64,000 nt of DNA from an uncultured bacterium (GCA_963749495.1 CAVVMW010000023.1:736001-800000); one strand, 5' to 3'; shown: positions 53,092-62,680, counted from the stretch's first letter. Made by a program: numbers and translations. The notes: generated by a model not told the origin, from the letters alone.

Positions 53092-54528
53092 TCAGGTCCG
53101 ACACGGCAACACCGCCCGATCTCCCCGCGCGAGAATTGATTTCGATGAACTGCTACAGTGCAGGCATGTCGCACTGGCTTTGCAATCAGCCGACATCCAA
53201 CGGCGCTCGCGGCAGAAATGCATGCTGTAACCTCTTCGCGCGGACTTGCTGAACAGACCGGAGTAGCCGAGAAGAAAATCGTTCGCCGCCTGCGCTGCGG
53301 CAACAGCGTTCAGCGTTATGACGCTGGGCGCAAACACCAGTTCATCGTCCACGTACGCTTGTCGTTGGCGTTCCCGCTCCGTGAACGCTTCTTGTTGCAG
53401 CTTGGCGGCAGAGATAAGCCCGTTGCAAAGCAGACAGCCGCCGCCGGCATGAGGCAACACGGGTCGCGAAACCGCGAAGATTTCACCGATTTCGCCGGTT
53501 TCCTTGTCAACGGGAACCTTCGAACCGACTTGGACGCCCGGGATTTGGTACTGATGCACAAGGGCGTTGAAGACCAATCGAGCTTGTGCAGAGTCGGCGC
53601 AAAGAAAAATGAAATCGGCGTCTTTGAGCAACAACGCAGCGTCGCGTCGCGTGACGTCGTCAACCACCGCACGATAACGGATTCTCGGATTTGCGCGTTT
53701 TGCAACACGCTCTGCGACCTTCACCTTGAACCTCGCCAAGCGGCGGCCCAACCTTTGCATCCCACTCCAGTTCATCATCGAGAGGAACACCCGGGCGTCG
53801 CACGGCCGCGAGCCGACGACGCGCGGTTGGTTGCTCGGATCGAGTTTGTCAAAGTCAATTCCGACAATTTTGCCGATTCCCAGGTGCGCCAGCCATTCGT
53901 TCAGGAGCGAGCCGGCGCCGCCGAGTCCGATGATGCCCACCTTTGCTCGCTTCAGGATTTCCTGACCTCCCGCTCCAAAAATCAGGGACTGGCGGTGATA
54001 AAGTGGAATGGCCGCGATGGGTGACTTCTGTGGTGACGGGTAAAGCCGGCGGATGTTTTGTCCGATGACAACGAGGTTTTCGAGCGGGAACACACCCTCC
54101 ACAGTCCAGATGCTTCCCGCGACGGCTTTACGCGCAAACACGAGCGCGCCGACCGGGCCCCCTCTGGTAATATCCAGCAGCGCCGGGTAGCCGCGACGGT
54201 GCGACTTCACGTCGGCCGTGGAAAAACCCACGAAATCATCTCCCTCGTGACAATGCACGGCGAGGTAGCACAAGTTCTCTTGCGCGCAATGATGCGAAAC
54301 ACGGGCGACGAAATCGGCCGTGAGCGCCCGATAGCCATACTTTCCCGGCACGTAATCAATGCCGTCTTTCGCAACGAAAACCTCGCGGGCAAGCAAGCGC
54401 GCTTCGCGGCCTGATTCGCAAATGCCGGCGGCAATAATCGCTCCGTGCTCGTCAGCGTCGCCGGGGAACAAATGGGACATGAGTTGCTCGAAGAGCGTCT
54501 CCGAAATTCTGAACGTAAATTTCTTCAT
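53092..54528 (-). CDS. JAB peptidase-ThiF/E1 fusion protein
   Basis: JAB: EHGA...HCH-x8-S-x2-D. E1: GLGGAGS, DFDKLDPSNQPR, CADS, CLLC and CLHC Zn sites. ATGA overlap with the E2 gene. Confidence 0.88.
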   Translation of the reverse strand: MKKFTFRISETLFEQLMSHLFPGDADEHGAIIAAGICESGREARLLAREVFVAKDGIDYVPGKYGYRALTADFVARVSHHCAQENLCYLAVHCHEGDDFVGFSTADVKSHRRGYPALLDITRGGPVGALVFARKAVAGSIWTVEGVFPLENLVVIGQNIRRLYPSPQKSPIAAIPLYHRQSLIFGAGGQEILKRAKVGIIGLGGAGSLLNEWLAHLGIGKIVGIDFDKLDPSNQPRVVGSRPCDARVFLSMMNWSGMQRLGRRLARFKVKVAERVAKRANPRIRYRAVVDDVTRRDAALLLKDADFIFLCADSAQARLVFNALVHQYQIPGVQVGSKVPVDKETGEIGEIFAVSRPVLPHAGGGCLLCNGLISAAKLQQEAFTERERQRQAYVDDELVFAPSVITLNAVAAAQAANDFLLGYSGLFSKSARRGYSMHFCRERRWMSADCKASATCLHCSSSSKSILARGDRAVLPCRT

Positions 54529-54920
54529 TGGCCTCTTATCCAATCCAACACTTTTGCCAGCTTGAGAGCGGCGGTGTCCGTTTCCGGATTCAAACGATTC
54601 GAGCGGCGTGACAGCATGATTGCCGGTTCGGTCGCCTTCGGCGTTCGCCACTGGTTGTTCAGGTTGAACCCGCCGCCGAGCGAACGTCCGTCCTTTCGTT
54701 TCAATGCCGGAATGCAGAAATGCGGATAAATGTCCGCGAACGGATATTGAAACGTGATTGGGAACGCGAGCCACGACACAGACGGCTCGTACTTATCGCC
54801 AAGGATCAGGTCGTGAACCTTGACGTAGGCACCGCCGTCTGTGTCCGGGTCAACGTCCATCTGGCGACGGGGAAATGCGACTCGGATTTCCGCGATCGCT
54901 TGTTGAACCGCGGCTGTCAC
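54525..54920 (-). CDS. Prokaryotic E2-like (UBC-fold) protein
   Basis: YP...YPHF..P.L.R.DG...LSRRS...NP..DT pattern; located between the Ubl and E1 genes. Confidence 0.75.
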   Translation of the reverse strand: MTAAVQQAIAEIRVAFPRRQMDVDPDTDGGAYVKVHDLILGDKYEPSVSWLAFPITFQYPFADIYPHFCIPALKRKDGRSLGGGFNLNNQWRTPKATEPAIMLSRRSNRLNPETDTAALKLAKVLDWIRGQ

Positions 54921-54922
54921 GG

Positions 54923-55669
54923 CTAGGAGTTGTCGTCGGGCGTGACACAACGGAATTCCTCGCAGTCCCTGAGCGTGACTTTTTCGGAGTCGCCGATGGA
55001 TGCGCCCAGGGTGCCGTCCGGCTTCACTTTGTAGAGAACGCCATCAAGGGTGATTTTTACCTGCTGCGCGATGGCGGTCTGCTTGATTTCGAGACCAGTG
55101 ACCCGCCGTTTGTGGAATGTCACCGGATAATTGTTCACCTTCACCGTGATGGTGACGCGCTCCGTGCGAAACACTGGGCCGTCGGCGAAGTTGGCCGCCT
55201 CGTCATCCGCGATTGGCTCGTCGTGCGGCAACTCGTAGTCACGCAGCAACTCGACTTGCGCTGAAAGCTCGAACAGCCGGCGCAAGGTCGCACCAGTCTG
55301 GCGGGGATCAAGAGTGATTTCCCATTCATCGTCCACCACGAATGCACATTTCGCCGGTTCATGGCATGGCGGTGGCGGCGCGGCTTCGCAGAGCGGGATC
55401 ACTCGGAAGACATTTCCCGCTGCCAGATCGATCTCGGCCTCCTCCGCGACGACCACGTCATTGCGGGATTGATAATCGCGCACCAGCACGAAGCCCGCAC
55501 CGATGCCGGCCTGGTCTTTGATGGTCTGGGCGGTCACGACCCGTCGAGGCATTGAAATCGCCCGATCGTTGACGAGAACCGCCCACTTTGGCGCGGGGCG
55601 GCAATCAGGCGCTTCCTTCGCCAGGGCTTTCTCCTGGCCCATTTGAATTTCCGAATCAGTCATAATCAT
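54923..55669 (-). CDS. Multi-ubiquitin (three beta-grasp) protein
   Basis: Three related ~70-aa units (VNDR..VTAQTIK, VDDE..TGATLR, VNNY..VTGLEIK); C-terminus VTPDDNS. Confidence 0.82.
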   Translation of the reverse strand: MIMTDSEIQMGQEKALAKEAPDCRPAPKWAVLVNDRAISMPRRVVTAQTIKDQAGIGAGFVLVRDYQSRNDVVVAEEAEIDLAAGNVFRVIPLCEAAPPPPCHEPAKCAFVVDDEWEITLDPRQTGATLRRLFELSAQVELLRDYELPHDEPIADDEAANFADGPVFRTERVTITVKVNNYPVTFHKRRVTGLEIKQTAIAQQVKITLDGVLYKVKPDGTLGASIGDSEKVTLRDCEEFRCVTPDDNS

Positions 55670-55849
55670 AACTTCGATTTTCTTTGTGTTCTGGACGCCG
55701 CCGAAGTTGTTCATCCGTCTGCGGCGAGCCGTTCCAATAGGGATTGCTGAAAACGCGGCCGACCGTGGGGCAAAGAATTTGCCGTTCTGCGAAAGATTTT
55801 CCCCCAAAGGCCAAGACTTGTTAGCCTGTTACGTGTGAATGGACCAACT

Positions 55850-56437
55850 ATGGACGACAACGCAATGAGCAAGCTGGGTGCGGTGGACTGGGACGATGCC
55901 GCGCCCCGGCTGCTTCAGTTTGCGCGCCGGTGGGCCGCTGGCCTTTACTATTGGTGCGAAGGCACCGCGCTGCCCAACGGGATGGGCATCGAGGACGTCG
56001 TCAAGGATGCCGTGGCGGCGTTCGCGCGCGGTGAACGAAAGTTCAATCCGCGTTTCGAGGTCATGGTCCAGTTGAAGGGCGCAATCCGCAGCATCCTGTG
56101 GAACATCCACAAGCGGAAAGCCGCGGGGTTGACGAGTTCGGAAGCGCCAGCGTTCTTCGAGGCGCAATTGGATGCGGCGCTCGACCCGGCAGCGAAGGCT
56201 GAAAGTGAAGATTTTTGCCGGACGTTGCTGGAAAGCCTCGCGGGCAACCAGCAGGTCCAGGACAGGCCGGAGTTGCTGGCCGTTGTGAAAGCGTATGCAG
56301 GCGGCGCCGAGTCCGTCGAAGAGTTGGTCGAACAAACCGGCCTGCCGGTGCGCCGCATCTACGAACTGCGCCGGCAGATGAGGGAGATCGCCGCTAAGGT
56401 CTTGGGAAGATTGAGCAGAAAGGGAAAAGCGTTATGA
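55850..56437 (+). CDS. ECF-like sigma factor / sigma-like regulator
   Basis: Region-2-like RLLQFARR...EDVVKDA...RKFNP...AIRSILWN and C-terminal HTH VEELVEQTGLPVRRIYELRRQM. Confidence 0.68.
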   Translation: MDDNAMSKLGAVDWDDAAPRLLQFARRWAAGLYYWCEGTALPNGMGIEDVVKDAVAAFARGERKFNPRFEVMVQLKGAIRSILWNIHKRKAAGLTSSEAPAFFEAQLDAALDPAAKAESEDFCRTLLESLAGNQQVQDRPELLAVVKAYAGGAESVEELVEQTGLPVRRIYELRRQMREIAAKVLGRLSRKGKAL

Positions 56438-56805
56438 GCAAGAGCTATCAGAATGCCGTTGAGCACCTGCATCTGTTTCTGGCCGACACGGAGGGCGAGA
56501 GCCGTGACGAGGTTACGCGTGGATTGCGCGCGGCGGGAGTGGATGTCAACCGATTTATTTCCGACATCAAACGGATTGCCGGGGTGCGAAGCGGGTTTTC
56601 CCGTGTGGGACGGTTCGCAAACAAGACGCGCGCGCAGATTCTGAAGCTGCTCGAAGAATTGCAGCTTGAAACTTCGGGGGCGTTTTCAAACGTCGGCCTG
56701 GCGGCCCGGGAAGGCGGCGGATTGAATCAGTTGTCCGATGAGCAACTTCGAACGTTGCTGGAAAAACTGGAGGCGGAGCGGTCGCACGACGAGTTGAAGG
56801 ACTAA
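56434..56805 (+). CDS. Small hypothetical protein coupled to the sigma-like gene (possible anti-sigma)
   Basis: ATGA overlap with the sigma-like stop; 123 aa, helical. Confidence 0.6.
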   Translation: MSKSYQNAVEHLHLFLADTEGESRDEVTRGLRAAGVDVNRFISDIKRIAGVRSGFSRVGRFANKTRAQILKLLEELQLETSGAFSNVGLAAREGGGLNQLSDEQLRTLLEKLEAERSHDELKD

Positions 56806-56835
56806 AGGGAGGTCTCTCGTCGCAAGCACAACAAA

Positions 56836-57831
56836 ATGACTGCCTGGAAGCCCAAACGAAATGGTTGGAACGGGCCAACCTGGTCCGTCAGCCGCAACCA
56901 ACAGCTCCAGACGTGCGAGCGCAAATACTATTTCCAGTATCTCGCTGGCGCACGGGTCAACGCCACCGAACCAATGCAACGGCGGCTCGGGATGCTGAAA
57001 AAGCTCAAAAGCATCCGCATGTGGGAAGGCGACTGTGTGCATTGGGCCGTCGCCCGTTTTCTCGGAGCGGTTCGAGACAAACGCAGTTTGAGCGCCGAAC
57101 AGGCACTGGCTCAGCTGCGGGATAAGATGGAACGTGAGTGGCAATTCTCGGAGCGGAGGTGTTTCCGGACGCAGCCGCTGCTCATTGACAAGGGCGGCTT
57201 GGGTCTGGTGGAGCACGAATACGATAGCGTGCCGGCGGGCGTTACTGCCGACAGTGTGTACGACGATGTCGCGAGTGGATTCCACAAATTCGTCGCGTGG
57301 GCGGACGGCATCTGCGCGAGAATTCGAGTTGCTGACAACGTTTGGATTGAGCCGCCCGTGTTTGGCCCGGAAGCGCCGGGCTTCCCTCTGGACGGCGTTC
57401 AAATCATCGGGAAGGTGGACCTTGCCATCGAGAAGAGCGGTGAGTTCTTTGAGATTTACGACTGGAAGACCGGCGGAGCACCGGTTCAGAAGAGATCCTG
57501 CATCACGCAAAACGAACTCCAGGTTTGCGTGTACCAATTGTGGCCGCATCTCTCGATGCGACTGCCGCTTAGTCTCGTGTCGAGCCAGTTGGTTTATCTG
57601 GGCGGTGAAACGCCGGAAGCCCGCACGCATCGTCTGGATGAAAACTCAGTGCCCCTCGTTGTTCAAATGGTGCGGAACAGCGTCGCGTTGGCAACCCGTT
57701 GGGAAAAGAATTTCGAGAAGGGCCTGTTGCGGCTGAACGATTTGGATTACGCCGCCTGGCCCGGCGCTTGTCGCGAGTGCGCGTTCAAAGCGGTCTGCCG
57801 TGAAAGTTTGCATTATGAAAACGTCGCCTAA
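56836..57831 (+). CDS. Cas4/RecB/AddB-like PD-(D/E)XK nuclease with a four-Cys cluster
   Basis: N-terminal CERKYYF; GKVDL, IYDWKTG and QVCVY motifs; C-terminal CRECAFKAVC. Confidence 0.88.
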   Translation: MTAWKPKRNGWNGPTWSVSRNQQLQTCERKYYFQYLAGARVNATEPMQRRLGMLKKLKSIRMWEGDCVHWAVARFLGAVRDKRSLSAEQALAQLRDKMEREWQFSERRCFRTQPLLIDKGGLGLVEHEYDSVPAGVTADSVYDDVASGFHKFVAWADGICARIRVADNVWIEPPVFGPEAPGFPLDGVQIIGKVDLAIEKSGEFFEIYDWKTGGAPVQKRSCITQNELQVCVYQLWPHLSMRLPLSLVSSQLVYLGGETPEARTHRLDENSVPLVVQMVRNSVALATRWEKNFEKGLLRLNDLDYAAWPGACRECAFKAVCRESLHYENVA

Positions 57832-60214
57832 CCGAAAGCTGCTGGCGGCGTCTCTGTTTGCCATCAGCGGGCTGCAGGGACTGCCGTTCAAGTTGCGTGT
57901 GCTGCGCGTCGTCAATGCGCTGCCGAATGACAATTATCGTCCCATTCGCCTGCAGGGATGGGCCGACAACCTCTGGCATGACGTGCTGAAGTGCCCGGTG
58001 TTTCCGACATCGCGCTTTGACTTTCCGGGGTTCATCGTTCCGGCCGACGCGGCCGCGGAAGTCGGTCAGGTGATTTCCTTGCCTGGTGTAGCAGATAAAG
58101 AGTTCCGCATCGAGGTCACTGATCGCGTTTTGGAAATCGATCCGAAACAGGCGCGGCCGGAGGAGCGCGACTTGGCGGGCAAGATGATTGAGCGCGTCAT
58201 CAGCGACCGTCTCAGCTCGCTCAAGTCGAAATTCTGGCGGACTGAATGGACGCTTTATTTCCACCTGCTTCCCGAGAACGAGCGGGAAGCACGTGACCGC
58301 GTCAACGCCTATCGCGGGTTCAAATTCGGCGTCGTGTTGCTGGAAACCGGCGAGCTTCTGTTGGCCGGCGACATTCGCACGAAATACATCGGGCGTCGCT
58401 CGCTTGCTCAATACGATCAGGTGGAGCGCGAACTCGTATTGGCTCGGCATCTGGACCTCGAAGTTGACATCGAAGACCGCGCCACGTTTGTGCGTGACAA
58501 CGGCTCGGCGAAATATTCGTGCCGCTACGCCGGGCCGACGGGACAATCCATCAGCGAGTATCGCATCAAAGAATTGAACCAGACTGTGCTGGACTTCTAC
58601 GTCAAGAACTATCCCCGACTCCGCCTCGATCCGAATGATGCGGCTGTATTCTTCGACAGCGGCGGGAAGAAGAAAGACATGGCTGCGCCGGCGTCACGAA
58701 TGTTTCCGGTGTTTACCACCGAGGATGAGAGTTTGCGCGAGTGCTCGATCAAACCCCAGATGACCCCCGAAGCGCGAGTTCAGGAAATCCATTCGTTCCT
58801 GGGCGAGCTCGCGGGATTGAATTACGCGGGACGGGACCTCAGCATCGATCGCGAACTCGTTACGCGCGAGCGCAGCATTTTTCTTCCGCCGAAACTTGAA
58901 TACGGCAAGGGCAACATTCTTGCACCGTATCCGCAGAACGGCAGGGCCGGCGCTGTATTACCCGATCTTGAAAAAGCGATTGCCGACTGGCGATTCAGCA
59001 AAATGCCAATGCTTTATCGGCACGGGCCGTATTTCAATGAGCCGCTGCCGGACGTGGTGTTCTTCTACCCTGATGGATTGCCTCGCGATATACGCGAAAG
59101 ATTTCTGGAGCAACTCGACCTGGAAATCCTCAAACAGACCGGATCGAAGATGAACGTCATCGCGCGCCGCTCGTACCGAATCGGACAAGCCGAGCGGAGC
59201 GGCGCGTCGCTGCTCGCAACCATCAAAACAGTTATTGGCGAACAGCCCGGAATGTTCCTGGCACTCGTCGCTCTGTGGGATCGTTTCCTTGACAGCGTGC
59301 ATCCGAATTTGAAGGACGCGGTGAAAGGCCGCCCTTCGCAATGTGTCACCGAGCGGGTGCTGCGGACGATTGCGAATACTACCGACCCGATGCGCGCCAC
59401 AGGGCGCGTCCGAAACCTCGCGCTTGGCGTTTTGATTGCCGCAGGCGTGCAACCCTGGGTCTTGTCGGAAGAACTGCACCACGACGTTTACATCGGCATC
59501 AACACTCTGCATGGCCGGGTCAGTTATCATTTTCTTTTCGGCAAGGGTGGTCGCCAGGTTTTGACCTCGCTCGGAGCGTCCATTAAGCGGGGACGAACAC
59601 AAGAGTCGCTGGACAAAGTGGAACTTCGGACAAGAATCGAGTCCACTGTTCGCGAGATTCATCAGGCCGGCCATCCGCTTCGCAGCGTGGTCGTCCATCG
59701 CGACGGACGCTGGTGGAAGCGTGAAAGTCAGGCGCTCAACGAAGCGGCCTCGAATTTGGTTCGCGACAAGATTCTGGCAAAGGATTGCGCCATCGGGGTG
59801 GTCGAAATCCGCAAGAGCCATTTTCCCGTCCGGCTGTTCACGAAAGTTGGGCCGCCGGCAAATCAGCTGCTGAATCCGCTTCCCGGCACTCACTTGGTGC
59901 TCGATCAGCAACGCGCTTTGCTTTCGACGACGGGCAGACCCGGCGCATGGGACAAGAGCGAAGGGCGAACCGCGGGAACGCTTCTGCTGAATCTCATCGA
60001 GAGTTCCCCGCCGATGGACATCGAGGCTTTGGCGGAAGACGCTTACCGGCTCACGCATCTAAATTGGAGTGCGCCCGAGATTGAAATTTCCGTCCCGGTC
60101 ACGATTCGGTGGAACGACGATGCGCTGCGGGCTTCGCTCGTTAGCCAGCAGCAGGAGGAAGATGAAACTTACGACGAGACGAACGAACTTAAGATGGAAG
60201 GAGCGAACGTATGA
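57815..60214 (+). CDS. Long prokaryotic Argonaute (N-L1-PAZ-L2-MID-PIWI), tetrad N-E-D-D
   Basis: PAZ-like TVLDFYVKNYP; MID H..LK...SQCV..NLALG..G.QPW; PIWI YIGIN, VVHRDGR, VEIRKS, LTHLNWS, PVTIRWND. Confidence 0.9.
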   Translation: MKTSPNRKLLAASLFAISGLQGLPFKLRVLRVVNALPNDNYRPIRLQGWADNLWHDVLKCPVFPTSRFDFPGFIVPADAAAEVGQVISLPGVADKEFRIEVTDRVLEIDPKQARPEERDLAGKMIERVISDRLSSLKSKFWRTEWTLYFHLLPENEREARDRVNAYRGFKFGVVLLETGELLLAGDIRTKYIGRRSLAQYDQVERELVLARHLDLEVDIEDRATFVRDNGSAKYSCRYAGPTGQSISEYRIKELNQTVLDFYVKNYPRLRLDPNDAAVFFDSGGKKKDMAAPASRMFPVFTTEDESLRECSIKPQMTPEARVQEIHSFLGELAGLNYAGRDLSIDRELVTRERSIFLPPKLEYGKGNILAPYPQNGRAGAVLPDLEKAIADWRFSKMPMLYRHGPYFNEPLPDVVFFYPDGLPRDIRERFLEQLDLEILKQTGSKMNVIARRSYRIGQAERSGASLLATIKTVIGEQPGMFLALVALWDRFLDSVHPNLKDAVKGRPSQCVTERVLRTIANTTDPMRATGRVRNLALGVLIAAGVQPWVLSEELHHDVYIGINTLHGRVSYHFLFGKGGRQVLTSLGASIKRGRTQESLDKVELRTRIESTVREIHQAGHPLRSVVVHRDGRWWKRESQALNEAASNLVRDKILAKDCAIGVVEIRKSHFPVRLFTKVGPPANQLLNPLPGTHLVLDQQRALLSTTGRPGAWDKSEGRTAGTLLLNLIESSPPMDIEALAEDAYRLTHLNWSAPEIEISVPVTIRWNDDALRASLVSQQQEEDETYDETNELKMEGANV

Positions 60215-60621
60215 GTCTATTGGGATTCATGTCCGTCAAGTTGGACAAGCAGCAAACGTTGCTGGAACGGCTCAACGAGGCGCTGCTCATGGTTCAAAGC
60301 GAATCGCTGGGCCGGGCCGCCGACCTCGGCTTCACGTCGGCGCAAATTGCCGCGGCGAAGGAAACGCTGCGCGAGTTCGTCAATCGCTTGCGGACAAAAC
60401 TGGCGGGCAACCAGGACAACGAAGAATTGAACGTCCTGGTGGCGCGAATTCGCGAAGGCCAGTTCGAGCTGAATGAATGGCTGGAGGAATTAGCGCAACT
60501 CGAAACGCAGTTGGCGCAACCCGGGCTGCTGCCGCTGACGGCCATTCCCACGCTGGAAGGAGTTTTGGCGATACTGGATGAAGAACTGACTGCCGAATTC
60601 AACCGGCTTTATTCGCGATAA
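60211..60621 (+). CDS. Small alpha-helical protein coupled to pAgo
   Basis: ATGA overlap with the pAgo stop; 136 aa, Leu/Glu-rich amphipathic helices. Confidence 0.75.
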   Translation: MSLLGFMSVKLDKQQTLLERLNEALLMVQSESLGRAADLGFTSAQIAAAKETLREFVNRLRTKLAGNQDNEELNVLVARIREGQFELNEWLEELAQLETQLAQPGLLPLTAIPTLEGVLAILDEELTAEFNRLYSR

Positions 60622-60636
60622 GCACAAGGATGGGGC

Positions 60637-61788
60637 ATGCCTTCATACCGGATCGCCAAGACGGCGGAATTGGATATACTCTTCGATTGGCTGGAGGATC
60701 AACTCCGCCAGCTGCGGCAGACCAATCCTGACCATCGCGTCGTCCTTGATTATCTCGACCAGCAATACACCCAGGCCGAGAACAAGCTTGCGCTCCTCCA
60801 GGCTTTGCTGGCGCTCAAAGACCCGAACCTCGACAAACGCGCCGACAGGCTGGCTCACGACTTGTCTCGCCACGTTATTCCGACGGCGAACCACTATATC
60901 GCGGGTCTGCAGCGGCAAGGCCCGCAGGACCGGCGAGTAAGGCAGGTGCTGCTGCGTCTGTGCCAGCGGCTCCGGTTGGATTGGATTGAAGACATCCTGG
61001 TCTGCTTGCTGCGGGATTTGGCATTGCTGGCTGAATACCGCGGAATCTTCGCCATCCCGGTGTTCTACGGCCCGCCGCATCTGCTGGAGACAATTCTCGA
61101 AGTCCCCGGAATTTATCACGAATTCGGTCATAGCGTCTTCGCGAGGGATGACGTGTTCCTTCGCGAAATGTCCTCAATCGTGAAGCGCCATTTCGTCCAA
61201 CTGAAACAACAGGCCGGCCCGATTCCACCGGTGCAGAAGGCGCTCCGCGACCAGGAACTCGACCGTGCCGCCAACTCCTGGAGTGCGCTGTGGTTGGCCG
61301 AGGTTTTCGGCGACCTCTTCGCGGGATATGTTTGCGGGCCGGCCAATCTGGCTTCGATGGTGGACCTGGGCCGCGCTCAAGGTTTTCCTCCCTACCTGCT
61401 CGCCTCAAACTCACACCCGCCAAACTGCGCTCGCGTCCTGGTTTCCTATTTCGCCCTCTCCGACCAGCAACGTCAGCATCCAACCGTGCAAAAAATCCAC
61501 GACGCATGGCAGCATTTTGCCCGGGGATTTACACCCGGCCAGGATTATAAGTTGCGTTGTGCTGAGGATCTCTTGAGGTCGGTGGCCAACGCGGTCAATG
61601 CCCTCATCGCGCAACACCTGCCAAATATTCCTCGGTACACAAAGATGCCTCCTGATCTGGCATCGGCGCGGGCTGTGAAAGCCGGTATCGCCCTTGAAGA
61701 CCTTATCAATGCCGGGGTGACGATTCTCTTTGAAGCGCCGGCTGAATTTTCTGCCTGGCAGCAATCCTCTCGCCTGCTGATCGCGTGA
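60637..61788 (+). CDS. HEXXH gluzincin-like metallopeptidase
   Basis: YHEFGH, downstream EVFGD..A...GP and SHPP...R; starts 15 nt after the previous gene. Confidence 0.7.
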   Translation: MPSYRIAKTAELDILFDWLEDQLRQLRQTNPDHRVVLDYLDQQYTQAENKLALLQALLALKDPNLDKRADRLAHDLSRHVIPTANHYIAGLQRQGPQDRRVRQVLLRLCQRLRLDWIEDILVCLLRDLALLAEYRGIFAIPVFYGPPHLLETILEVPGIYHEFGHSVFARDDVFLREMSSIVKRHFVQLKQQAGPIPPVQKALRDQELDRAANSWSALWLAEVFGDLFAGYVCGPANLASMVDLGRAQGFPPYLLASNSHPPNCARVLVSYFALSDQQRQHPTVQKIHDAWQHFARGFTPGQDYKLRCAEDLLRSVANAVNALIAQHLPNIPRYTKMPPDLASARAVKAGIALEDLINAGVTILFEAPAEFSAWQQSSRLLIA

Positions 61789-61876
61789 GCACTGGCACAT
61801 CAACTTTGCCTTCGTAAACGTAAGCGGAGCCTTCTGTAATCCGTGCAACGTTCTGGACGGCTGCTCGCGCTACCCG

Positions 61877-62671
61877 GTGGAACGAGAGATACAGGAAGCG
61901 ACAGAGTCGGCCGATGCCGAGCTGGTGCTAAAACGGGCCAGGGAGAAGCACCCCAGGCCCGGCCGCAGGTTATTGTTCCGCACAGGTGTTGGCGAAATTA
62001 GACTCCAGCGAGTATCCTCGCCGGCTCCCCCCCAGATGCGGAAAGTCGCCGAGAATCTGAAGCATTTCTGGCGACAGAATCCTACCTGTACTCTTGACGA
62101 CCGTCGATCGCGGCGACAACAACATCGCGTTTGTTGTAAGATCAACAATAACTGAACCTTGGCCGCCCAGCTGGCTGAAGGAACTGCTTCAACAGCCCCC
62201 CCCGCACCTCAAGCAGGGGAGGCACTGCGGGATGGACCTGCATTCTTGGGCAAGCTCATGGCTGCGCCCAACAAACAGCGCCAGTGGCCAAATGCAATCA
62301 GCCAGCAGCCAGATCGAGTTCAAAGACCTCCCGCCGCGCACCGCACCGGCGCCAGTCGAAGAAGTAAGCGAGCTGGAAGAGGTCCTCTGCGCGCTCTTGC
62401 TCGCTCAAACCCCGCCTCAGAAGGTGGAGACGAGCCAGCAACTTATCTGCGCCGCGCTCCGGGGCGAGGAACTCCACCTGCTCATCGGGCCGCCGCGCCT
62501 CCACATCGGGCGGATGAACGGCTGTCTCAAAAGGACCATCAAGCTTTCCGGGGAAACGGTGGTAAGGACACTGCTGCGGGTCCTGGTAGGCAGGAACGCG
62601 CCGGAACCTCAGCCGTGCCCGGAAGGGCAGGCCCAGAAGAAAGTAATCCGCCAAACATCAAGGCAAACTGA
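61877..62671 (+). pseudogene. Hypothetical gene, apparently broken by frameshifts
   Basis: Overlapping track ORFs 61877-62155, 62094-62783 and 62159-62671 look like pieces of one gene ending just before PRTRC E. Confidence 0.3.
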
Positions 62672-62680
62672 TCACGTTTC

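Noticed and set aside
53092..55669. CBASS type II ancillary genes
   Set aside because: No CD-NTase or effector nearby; a dedicated multi-Ubl gene is present instead.
56836..57831. CRISPR-Cas locus suggested by the Cas4-like gene
   Set aside because: No cas1, cas2 or repeat-spacer array seen in the window; the gene is coupled to pAgo.
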